Below, in pieces: positions 1 through 11,051 of a DNA stretch of 64,000 nt. The notes beneath the pieces were generated by a model, which worked only from the letters and a program-made list of their open reading frames with translations, did not search any database and had not been told where the DNA came from. Numbering within the stretch: the stretch's first letter is position 1; each line of letters begins with the position of its first letter. The translations under genes were made by a program, and so were the position numbers. The stretch comes from Yuukianura sp. NJ FZ-2021 (taxonomy: Eukaryota). The DNA is taken from contig JAJCTO010000015.1 in NCBI GenBank assembly GCA_046563655.1, positions 1 through 64,000 on the forward strand, in the 5' to 3' direction.

Positions 1-3000
1 TTGGCGTGGATAGATCGCCATTAAATCTGGTTAGAGTGTTTTTAAAAGTCTGGATGAACCGCACTGCCTCGGAGCTTATCTTGGGTTGGTAAACGGCACC
101 CAGAGCAATGCCGAGCACCATTTTGTCGAAAACGACTTAAATTTGAGAGAATGAACATGCAAATGTGCGAATGAACAGAAAGTAAATTACATTTTTGAAA
201 TCCTAATAAAAAGTGCTACAGGAACGCACTTTCAGTTGCTGTGTCGTGCCTCATCTTGTTACCTTTATTTATGAAAATTCAAGTTTCAAAACAAAGAATT
301 CAAAAGAAATGCATTCCGGAACGATGCTAGGTAAAAGTCAACTACCTTTTTGAGATCCTCATAAAAAGTTCTACAGGAACCGACTTTCACTTGCCGTGTC
401 GTCCCTCATCTCGTTACTTTTCTTTATGAAAATTTGATTCAAGAACCTCCACTCAAAGCGATGCCGGGTGAAAATGAGTTACTTTTATGAAATCCTCCTG
501 AAAAGTACTTCAGGAAACCAAGTTTGATTGCCGTGGATAGATCGCCATTAAATCTGGTTAGAGTGTGCTTAAAAGTCTGGATGAACCGCACTGCCCCGGA
601 GTTTATCTTGGGTTGTTAAACGGCAAATTGAGCAATGCCGAGCACCATTTTGTCGAAAACGACTTAAATTTGAGAGAATGAACATGCAAATGTGAGAATG
701 AACAGAAAGTAAATTGCATTTTTGAGATTCTCATAAAAAGTGCTACAGGAACCCACTTTCACTTGCCGTGTCGTCCCTCATCTCGTTACTTTTCTTTATG
801 AAAATTTGTTTCAAGAACCTCCACTCGGAGCGATGCCGGGTGAAAGTGAGTTACTTTTCTGAAATCCTCCTGAAAAGTACTTCAGGAACCCAAGTTTGAT
901 TGGCGTGGATAGATCGCCATTAAATCTGGTTAGAGTGTTTTTAAAAGTCTGGATGAACCGCACTGCCTCGGAGTTTATCTTGGGTTGGTAAACGGCACCC
1001 AGAGCAATGCCGAGCACCATTTTGTCGAAAACGACTTAAATTTGAGAGAATGAACATGCAAATGTGAGAATGAACAGAAAGTAAATTACATTTTTGAAAT
1101 CCTCATAAAAAGTGCTACAGGAACGCACTTTCACTTGCTGTGTCGTGCCTCATCTTGTTACCTTTATTTATGAAAATTCAAGTTTTCAAAACAAAGAATT
1201 CAAAAGAAATGCATTCCGGAACGATGCTAGGTAAAAGTCAACTACCTTTTTGAGATCCTCATAAAAAGTTCTACAGGAACCCACTTTCACTTGCCGTGTC
1301 GTCCCTCATCTCGTTACTTTTCTTTATGAAAATTTGATTCAAGAACCTCCACTCGGAGCGATGCCGGGTGAAAATGAGTTACTTTTCTGAAATCCTCCTG
1401 AAAAGTACTTCAGGAAACCCAAGTTTGATTGGCGTGGATAGATCGCCATTAAATCTGGTTAGAGTGTGCTTAAAAGTCTGGATGAACCGCACTGCCTCGG
1501 AGTTTATCTTGGGTTGGTAAACGGCACCCAGAGCAATGCCGAGCACCATTTTGTCGAAAACGACTTAAATTTGAGAGAATGAACATGCAAATGTGAGAAT
1601 GAACAGAAAGTAAATTACATTTTTGAAATCCTCATAAAAAGTGCTACAGGAACGCACTTTCACTTGCTGTGTCGTGCCTCATCTTGTTACCTTTATCTTT
1701 ATGAAAATTCAAGTTTCAAGAACCTACACTCGGAGCGATGCCGGGTAAAAGTGAGTTACTTTTCTGAAATCCTCCTGAAAAGTGCTTCAGGAACCCACTT
1801 TGATTGGCGTGGATAGATCGCCATTAAATCTGGTTAGAGTGTTTTTAAAAGTCTGGATGAACCGCACTGCCTCGGAGTTTATCTTGGGTTGGTAAACGGC
1901 ACCCAGAGCAATTCCGAGCACCATTTTGTTGAAAACGACTTAAATTTGAGAGAATGAACAGAAAGTAAATTACATTTTTGAGATCCTCATAAAAAGTGCT
2001 ACAGGAACCCACTTTCACTTGCCGTGTCGTCCCTCATCTCGTTACCTTTTCTTTATGAAAATTTGTTTTAAAACAAAGAACCTCAAAAGAAATGCACTCC
2101 GGAGCGATGCCGGGTGAAAAGTGAGTTACTTTTCTGAAATCCTCCTGAAAAGTACTTCAGGAACCCAAGTTTGATTGGCGTGGATAGATCGCCATTAAAT
2201 CTGGTTAGAGTGTACTTAAAAGTCTGGATGAACCGCACTGCCTCGGAGTTTATCTTGGGTTGGTAAACGGCACCCAGAGCAATGCCGAGCACCATTTTGT
2301 CGAAAACGACTTAAATTTGAGAGAATGAACATGCAAATGTGAGAATGAACAGAAAGTAAATTACATTTTTGAAATCCTCATAAAAAGTGCTACAGGAACG
2401 CACTTTCACTTGCTGTGTCGTGCCCTCATCTTGTTACCTTTATTTATGAAAATTTGTTTCAAGAACAAAGAATTCAAAAGAAATGCACTCCGGAAGCGAT
2501 GCCGGGTGAAAATGAGTTACCTTTTTTGAAATCCTCCTGAAAAGTACTTCAGGAAACCACTTTCACTTGCCGTGTCGTCCCTCATCTCGTTACTTTTCTT
2601 TATGAAAATTTGTTTCAAGAACCTCCACTCGGAGCGATCGCCGGGTGAAAATGAGTTACTTTTCTGAAATCCTCCTGAAAAGTACTTCAGGAACCCAAGT
2701 TTGATTGGCGTGGATAGATCGCCATTAAATCTGGTTAGAGTGTGCTTAAAAGTCTGGATGAACCGCACTGCCTCGGAGTTTATCTTGGGTTGGTAAACGG
2801 CACCCAGAGCAATGCCGAGCACCATTTTGTCGAAAACGACTTAAATTTGAGAGAATGAACATGCAAATGTGAGAATGAACAGAAAGTAAATTACATTTTT
2901 GAAATCCTCATAAAAAGTGCTACAGGAACCCACTTTCACTTGCCGTGTCGTCCCTCATCTCGTTACTTTTCTTTATGAAAATTTGTTTCAAGAACCTCCA

Positions 3001-3308
3001 CTCGGAGCGATGCCGGGTGAAAGTGAGTTACTTTTCTGAAATCCTCCTGAAAAGTACTTCAGGAACCCAAGTTTGATTGGCGTGGATAGATCGCCATTAA
3101 ATCTGGTTAGAGTGTTTTTAAAAGTCTGGATGAACCGCACTGCCTCGGAGTTTATCTTGGGTTGGTAAACGGCACCCAGAGCAATGCCGAGCACCATTTT
3201 GTTGAAAACGACTTAAATTTGAGAGAATGAACATGCAAATGTGAGAATGAACAGAAAGTAAATTACATTTTTGAAATCCTCATAAAAAGTGCTACAGGAA
3301 CGCACTTT

Positions 3309-3463
3309 CACTTGCTGTGTCGTGCCTCATCTTGTTACCTTTATTTATGAAAATTCAAGTTTCAAAACAAAGAATTCAAAAGAAATGCATTCCGGAACGA
3401 TGCTAGGTAAAAGTCAACTACCTTTTTGAGATCCTCATAAAAAGTGCTACAGGAACCCACTTT
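3309..3463. repeat. Representative 155-bp B unit (diverged paralogue of the first ~137 bp of A)
   Basis: CACTTGCTGTGTCGTGCCTCATCTTGTTAC...CATTCCGGAACGATGCTAGGTAAAAG...ACAGGAACCCACTTT aligns by eye with the A start CACTTGCCGTGTCGTCCCTCATCTCGTTAC...CACTCGGAGCGATGCCGGGTGAAA...TCAGGAACCC. Confidence 0.9.
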
Positions 3464-3835
3464 CACTTGCCGTGTCGTCCCTCATCTCGTTACTTTTCTT
3501 TATGAAAATTTGTTTCAAGAACCTCCACTCGGAGCGATGCCGGGTGAAAATGAGTTACTTTTCTGAAATCCTCCTGAAAAGTACTTCAGGAACCCAAGTT
3601 TGATTGGCGTGGATAGATCGCCATTACATCTGGTTAGAGTGTGCTTAAAAGTCTGGATGAACCGCACTGCCTCGGAGTTTATCTTGGGTTGGTAAACGGC
3701 ACCCAGAGCAATGCCGAGCACCATTTTGTCGAAAACGACATAAATTTGAGAGAATGAACATGCAAATGTGAGAATGAACAGAAAGTAAATTGCATTTTTG
3801 AAATTCTCATAAAAAGTGCTACAGGAACCCACTTT
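3464..3835. repeat. Representative 372-bp A monomer
   Basis: Runs from CACTTGCCGTGTCG at 3464 to the next occurrence at 3836. Confidence 0.93.
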
Positions 3836-5135
3836 CACTTGCCGTGTCGTCCCTCATCTCGTTACTTTTCTTTATGAAAATTTGTTTCAAGAACCTACAC
3901 TCGGAGCGATGCCGGGTGAAAGTGAGTTACTTTTCTGAAATCCTCCTGAAAAGTACTTCAGGAACCCAAGTTTGATTGGCGTGGATAGATCGCCATTAAA
4001 TCTGGTTAGAGTGTTTTTAAAAGTCTGGATGAACCGCACTGCCTCGGAGTTTATCTTGGGTTGGTAAACGGCACCCAGAGCAATGCCGAGCACCATTTTG
4101 TCGAAAACGACATAAATTTGAGAGAATGAACATGCAAATGTGAGAATGAACAGAAAGTAAATTACATTTTTGAGATTCTCATAAAAAGTGCTACAGGAAC
4201 CCACTTTCACTTGCCGTGTCGTCCCTCATCTCGTTACTTTTCTTTATGAAAATTTGTTTCAAGAACCTCCACTCGGAGCGATGCCGGGTGAAAGTGAGTT
4301 ACTTTTCTGAAATCCTCCTGAAAAGTACTTCAGGAACCCAAGTTTGATTGGCGTGGATAGATCGCCATTAAATCTGGTTAGAGTGTTTTAAAAGTCTGAA
4401 TGAACCGTTCTGCATCGGAGTTTATCTTGGGTTGGTAAACGGCACCCAGAGCAATGCCGAGCACCATTTTGTCGAAAACGACTTAAATTTGAGAGAATGA
4501 ACATGCAAATGTGAGAATGAACAGAAAGTAAATTACATTTTTGAAATCCTCATAAAAAGTGCTACAGGAACGCACTTTCACTTGCCGTGTCGTCCCTCAT
4601 CTCGTTACTTTTCTTTATGAAAATTTGTTTCAAGAACCTCCACTCGGAGCGATGCCGGGTGAAAATGAGTTACTTTTCTGAAATCCTCCTGAAAAGTACT
4701 TCAGGAAACCAAGTTTGATTGGCGTGGATAGATCGCCATTAAATCTGGTTAGAGTGTGCTTAAAAGTCTGGATGAACCGCACTGCCCCGGAGTTTATCTT
4801 GGGTTGGTAAACGGCAAATTGAGCAATGCCGAGCACCATTTTGTCGAAAACGACTTAAATTTGGGAGAATGAACATGCAAATGTGAGAATGAACAGAAAG
4901 TAAATTACATTTTTGAGATCCTCATAAAAAGTGCTACAGGAACCCACTTTCACTTGCCGTGTCGTCCCTCATCTCGTTACTTTTCTTTATGAAAATTTGT
5001 TTCAAGAACCTCCACTCGGAGCGATGCCGGGTGAAAGTGAGTTACTTTTCTGAAATCCTCCTGAAAAGTACTTCAGGAACCCAAGTTTGATTGGCGTGGA
5101 TAGATCGCCATTAAATCTGGTTAGAGTGTTTTTAA

Positions 5136-5360
5136 CCCTTTCGCTACGGGTGACACAAATATGTGTCATTTAATAACAAACATCAGAGACGGATGACACA
5201 TATATGTGTCATTCATATAAATAAAAACCGCTTTACATGTAATTTCATTTCCATGCCAACGAATCAAAGAAACCGTTGAACCGGTTTGAAAAAACCGATT
5301 TTCATCGTAAAATTCAGCCGTTGAGATAACAACCAACAAAAAAATTCCGTAGCGAGAGGG
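5136..5360. mobile_element. Non-autonomous piggyBac-type element (MITE), 225 bp, copy 1
   Basis: Flanked by TTAA on both sides (5132-5135, 5361-5364), where empty monomers have a single TTAA. TIRs CCCTTTCGCTACGG / CCGTAGCGAGAGGG (13/14 match). CCC..GGG ends with a TTAA TSD are characteristic of piggyBac. No transposase ORF. Confidence 0.9.
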
Positions 5361-7749
5361 TTAAAAGTCTGGATGAACCGCACTGCCTCGGAGTTTATCT
5401 TGGGTTGGTAAACGGCACCCAGAGCAATGCCGAGCACCATTTTGTCGAAAACGACTTAAATTTGAGAGAATGAACATGCAAATGTGAGAATGAACAGAAA
5501 GTAAATCACATTTTTGAAATCCTTATAAAAAGTGCTACAGGAACCCACTTTCACTTGCCGTGTCGTCCCTCATCTCGTTACTTTTCTTTATGAAAATTTG
5601 TTTCAAGAACCTCCACTCGGAGCGATGCCGGGTGAAAGTGAGTTACTTTTCTAAAATCCTCCTGAAAAGTACTTCAGGAACCCAAGTTTGATTGGCGTGG
5701 ATAGATCGCCATTAAATCTGGTTAGAGTGTGCTTAAAAGTCTGGATGAACCGCACTGCCTCGGAGTTTATCTTGGGTTGGTAAACGGCAAATTGAGCAAT
5801 GCCGAGCACCATTTTGTCGAAAACGACTTAAATTTGAGAGAATGAACATGCAAATGTGAGAATGAACAGAAAGTAAATTACATTTTTGAAATCCTCATAA
5901 AAAGTGCTACAGGAACCCACTTTCACTTGCCGTGTCGTCCCTCATCTCGTTACTTTTCTTTATGAAAATTTGTTTCAAGAACCTCCACTCGGAGCGATGC
6001 CGGGTGAAAGTGAGTTACTTTTCTGAAATCCTCCTGAAAAGTACTTCAGGAACCCAAGTTTGATTGGCGTGGATAGATCGCCATTAAATCTGGTTAGAGT
6101 GTTTTTAAAAGTCTGGATGAACCGCACTGCCTCGGAGTTTATCTTGGGTTGGTAAACGGCACCCAGAGCAATGCCGAGCACCATTTTGTTGAAAACGACT
6201 TAAATTTGAGAGAATGAACATGCAAATGTGAGAATGAACAGAAAGTAAATTACATTTTTGAAATCCTCATAAAAAGTGCTACAGGAACGCACTTTCACTT
6301 GCTGTGTCGTGCCTCATCTTGTTACCTTTATTTATGAAAATTCAAGTTTCAAAACAAAGAATTCAAAAGAAATGCATTCCGGAACGATGCTAGGTAAAAG
6401 TCAACTACCTTTTTGAGATCCTCATAAAAAGTTCTACAGGAACCCACTTTCACTTGCCGTGTCGTCCCTCATCTCGTTACTTTTCTTTATGAAAATTTGA
6501 TTCAAGAACCTCCACTCAAAGCGATGCCGGGTGAAAATGAGTTACTTTTCTGAAATCCTCCTGAAAAGTACTTCAGGAATCCAAGTTTGATTGCCGTGGA
6601 TAGATCGCCATTAAATCTGGTTAGAGTGTGCTTAAAAGTCTGGATGAACCGCACTGCCTCGGAGTTTATCTTGGGTTGGTAAACGGCAAATTGAGCAATG
6701 CCGAGCACCATTTTGTCGAAAACGACTTAAATTTGAGAGAATGAACATGCAAATGTGAGAATGAACAGAAAGTAAATTGCATTTTTGAAATCCTCATAAA
6801 AAGTGCTACAGGAACCCACTTTCACTTGCCGTGTCGTCCCTCATCTCGTTACTTTTCTTTATGAAAATTTGTTTCAAGAACCTCCACTCGGAGCGATGCC
6901 GGGTGAAAGTGAGTTACTTTTCTGAAATCCTCCTGAAAAGTACTTCAGGAACCCAAGTTTGATTGGCGTGGATAGATCGCCATTAAATCTGGTTAGAGTG
7001 TTTTAAAAGTCTGGATGAACCGCACTGCCTCGGAGTCTATCTTGGGTTGGTAAACGGCACCCAGAGCAATGCCGAGCACCATTTTGTCGAAAACGACTTA
7101 AATTTGAGAGAATGAACATGCAAATGTGAGAATGAACAGAAAGTAAATTACATTTTTGAAATCCTCATAAAAAGTGCTACAGGAACGCACTTTCACTTGC
7201 CGTGTCGTCCCTCATCTCGTTACTTTTCTTTATGAAAATTTGTTTCAAGAACCTCCACTCAAAGCGATGCCGGGTGAAAATGAGTTACTTTTTTGAAATC
7301 CTCCTGAAAAGTACTTCAGGAAACCAAGTTTGATTGGCGTGGATAGATCGCCATTAAATCTGGTTAGAGTGTGCTTAAAAGTCTGGATGAACCGCACTGC
7401 CCCGGAGTTTATCTTGGGTTGGTAAACGGCAAATTGAGCAATGCCGAGCACCATTTTGTCGAAAACGACATAAAGTTGGGAGAATGAACATGCAAATGTG
7501 AGAATGAACAGAAAGTATATTGCATTTTTGAGATTCTCATAAAAAGTGCTACAGGAACCCACTTTCACTTGCCGTGTCGTCCCTCATCTCGTTACTTTTC
7601 TTTATGAAAATTTGTTTCAAGAACCTCCACTCGGAGCGATGCCGGGTGAAAGTGAGTTACTTTTCTGAAATCCTCCTGAAAAGTACTTCAGGAACCCAAG
7701 TTTGATTGGCGTGGATAGATCGCCATTAAATCTGGTTAGAGTGTTTTTA

Positions 7750-7906
7750 TGTGTCATTCATATAAATAAAAAACCGCTTTACATGTAATTTCATTTCCAT
7801 GCCAACGAATCAAAGAAACCGGTGAACCGGTTTGAAAAAACCGATTTTCATCGTAAAATTCAGCCGTTGAGATAACAACCAACAAAAAAATTCCGTAGCG
7901 AGAGGG
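7750..7906. mobile_element. piggyBac-type MITE copy 2, left end deleted
   Basis: Satellite GTGTTTTTA joins directly to TGTGTCATTCATATAAAT... The left TIR and ~70 bp are missing. Right TIR and TTAA (7907-7910) are intact. Confidence 0.88.
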
Positions 7907-10826
7907 TTAAAAGTCTGGATGAACCGCACTGCCTCGGAGTTTATCTTGGGTTGGTAAACGGCACCCAGAGCAATGCCGAGCACCATTTTGTTGAAAACGA
8001 CTTAAATTTGAGAGAATGAACATGCAAATGTGCGAATGAACAGAAAGTAAATTACATTTTTGAAATCCTCATAAAAAGTGCTACAGGAACGCACTTTCAC
8101 TTGCTGTGTCGTGCCTCATCTTGTTACCTTTATTTATGAAAATTCAAGTTTCAAAACAAAGAATTCAAAAGAAATGCATTCCGGAACGATGCTAGGTAAA
8201 AGTCAACTACCTTTTTGAGATCCTCATAAAAAGTTCTACAGGAACCGACTTTCACTTGCCGTGTCGTCCCTCATCTCGTTACTTTTCTTTATGAAAATTT
8301 GATTCAAGAACCTCCACTCAAAGCGATGCCGGGTGAAAATGAGTTACTTTTTTGAAATCCTCCTGAAAAGTACTTCAGGAAACCAAGTTTGATTGGCGTG
8401 GATAGATCGCCATTACATCTGGTTAGAGTGTGCTTAAAAGTCTGGATGAACCGCACTGCCCCGGAGTTTATCTTGGGTTGGTAAACGGCAAATTGAGCAA
8501 TGCCGAGCACCATTTTGTCGAAAACGACATAAATTTGAGAGAATGAACATGCAAATGTGAGAATGAACAGAAAGTAAATTGCATTTTTGAGATTCTCATA
8601 AAAAGTGCTACAGGAACCCACTTTCACTTGCCGTGTCGTCCCTCATCTCGTTACTTTTCTTTATGAAAATTTGTTTCAAGAACCTCCACTCGGAGCGATG
8701 CCGGGTGAAAGTGAGTTACTTTTCTGAAATCCTCCTGAAAAGTACTTCAGGAACCCAAGTTTGATTGGCCGTGGATAGATCGCCATTAAATCTGGTTAGA
8801 GTGTTTTTAAAAGTCTGGATGAACCGCACTGCCTCGGAGTTTATCTTGGGTTGGTAAACGGCACCCAGAGCAATGCCGAGCACCATTTTGTCGAAAACGA
8901 CTTAAATTTGAGAGAATGAACATGCAAATGTGAGAATGAACAGAAAGTAAATTACATTTTTGAAATCCTCATAAAAAGTGCTACAGGAACGCACTTTCAC
9001 TTGCCGTGTCGTCCCTCATCTTCGTTACTTTTCTTTATGACAATTTGTTTCAAGAACCTCCACTCGGAGCGATGCCGGGTGAAAGTGAGTTACTTTTCTA
9101 AAATCCTCCTGAAAAGTACTTCAGGAACCCAAGTTTGATTGGCGTGGATAGATCGCCATTAAATCTGGTTAGAGTGTGCTTAAAAGTCTGGATGAACCGC
9201 ACTGCCCCGGAGTTTATCTTGGGTTGGTAAACGGCAAATTGAGCAATGCCGAGCACCATTTTGTCGAAAACGACATAAATTTGAGAGAATGAACATGCAA
9301 ATGTGAGAATGAACAGAAAGTAAATTGCATTTTTGAGATTCTCATAAAAAGTGCTACAGGAACCCACTTTCACTTGCCGTGTCGTCCCTCATCTCGTTAC
9401 TTTTCTTTATGAAAATTTGTTTTAAGAACCTCCACTCGGAGCGATGCCGGGTGAAAGTGAGTTACTTTTCTGAAATCCTCCTGAAAAGTACTTCAGGAAC
9501 CCAAGTTTGATTGGCGTGGATAGATCGCCATTAAATCTGGTTAGAGTGTTTTTAAAAGTCTGGATGAACCGCACTGCCTCGGAGTTTATCTTGGGTTGGT
9601 AAACGGCACCCAGAGCAATGCCGAGCACCATTTTGTTGAAAACGACTTAAATTTGAGAGAATGAACATGCAAATGTGAGAATGAACAGAAAGTAAATTAC
9701 ATTTTTGAAATCCTCATAAAAAGTGCTACAGGAACGCACTTTCACTTGCTGTGTCGTGCCTCATCTTGTTACCTTTATTTATGAAAATTCAAGTTTTAAA
9801 ACAAAGAATTCAAAAGAAATGCATTCCGGAACGATGCTAGGTAAAAGTCAACTACCCTTTTGAGATCCTCATAAAAAGTGCTACAGGAACCCACTTTCAC
9901 TTGCCGTGTCGTCCCTCATCTCGTTACTTTTCTTTATGAAAATTTGTTTCAAGAACCTCCACTCGGAGCGATGCCGGGTGAAAATGAGTTACTTTTCTGA
10001 AATCCTCCTGAAAAGTACTTCAGGAACCCAAGTTTGATTGGCGTGGATAGATCGCCATTAAATCTGGTTAGAGTGTTTTAAAAGTCTGAATGAACCGCAC
10101 TGCCTCGGAGTTTATCTTGGGTTGGTAAACGGCACCCAGAGCAATGCCGAGCACCATTTTGTCGAAAACGACTTAAATTTGAGAGAATGAACATGCAAAT
10201 GTGAGAATGAACAGAAAGTAAATTACATTTTTGAAATCCTCATAAAAAGTGCTACAGGAACGCACTTTCACTTGCCGTGTCGTCCCTCATCTCGTTACTT
10301 TTCTTTATGAAAATTTGTTTCAAGAACCTCCACTCAAAGCGATGCCGGGTGAAAATGAGTTACTTTTCTGAAATCCTCCTGAAAAGTACTTCAGGAACCC
10401 AAGTTTGATTGGCGTGGATAGATCGCCATTAAATCTGGTTAGAGTGTGCTTAAAAGTCTGGATGAACCGCACTGCCTCCGGAGTTTATCTTGGGTTGGTA
10501 AACGGCAAATTGAGCAATGCCGAGCACCATTTTGTCGAAAACGACATAAATTTGGGAGAATGAACATGCAAATGTGAGAATGAACAGAAAGTAAATTGCA
10601 TTTTTGAAATCCTCATAAAAAGTGCTACAGGAACCCACTTTCACTTGCCGTGTCGTCCCTCATCTCGTTACTTTTCTTTATGAAAATTTGTTTCAAGAAC
10701 CTCCACTCGGAGCGATGCCGGGTGAAAGTGAGTTACTTTTCTGAAATCCTCCTGAAAAGTACTTCAGGAACCCAAGTTTGATTGGCGTGGATAGATCGCC
10801 ATTAAATCTGGTTAGAGTGTTTTTAA

Positions 10827-11051
10827 CCCTTTCGCTACGGGTGACACAAATATGTGTCATTTAATAACAAACATCAGAGACGGATGACACATATATGTGT
10901 CATTCATATAAATAAAAACCGCTTTACATGTAATTTCATTTCCATGCCAACGAATCAAAGAAACCGTTGAACCGGTTTGAAAAAACCGATTTTCATCGTA
11001 AAATTCAGCCGTTGAGATAACAACCAACAAAAAAATTCCGTAGCGAGAGGG
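10827..11051. mobile_element. piggyBac-type MITE copy 3, 225 bp
   Basis: TTAA-CCCTTTCGCTACGG...CCGTAGCGAGAGGG-TTAA. Appears identical to copy 1. Confidence 0.9.

Noticed and set aside
823..841. CENP-B box-like ACTCGGAGCGATGCCGGGT
   Set aside because: TCG and CGGG are 9 nt apart rather than the canonical 7, and the TTCG core is not met.
940..1040. Satellite-encoded hammerhead ribozyme (CTGGATGA ... CGAAA)
   Set aside because: There is no exact CUGANGA core and no compatible stems I-III on either strand by inspection.
4381..4395. 1-bp-short GTGTTTTAAAAG monomers as MITE excision footprints
   Set aside because: piggyBac normally excises precisely. This is a homopolymer-length variant inherited within the duplicated block.
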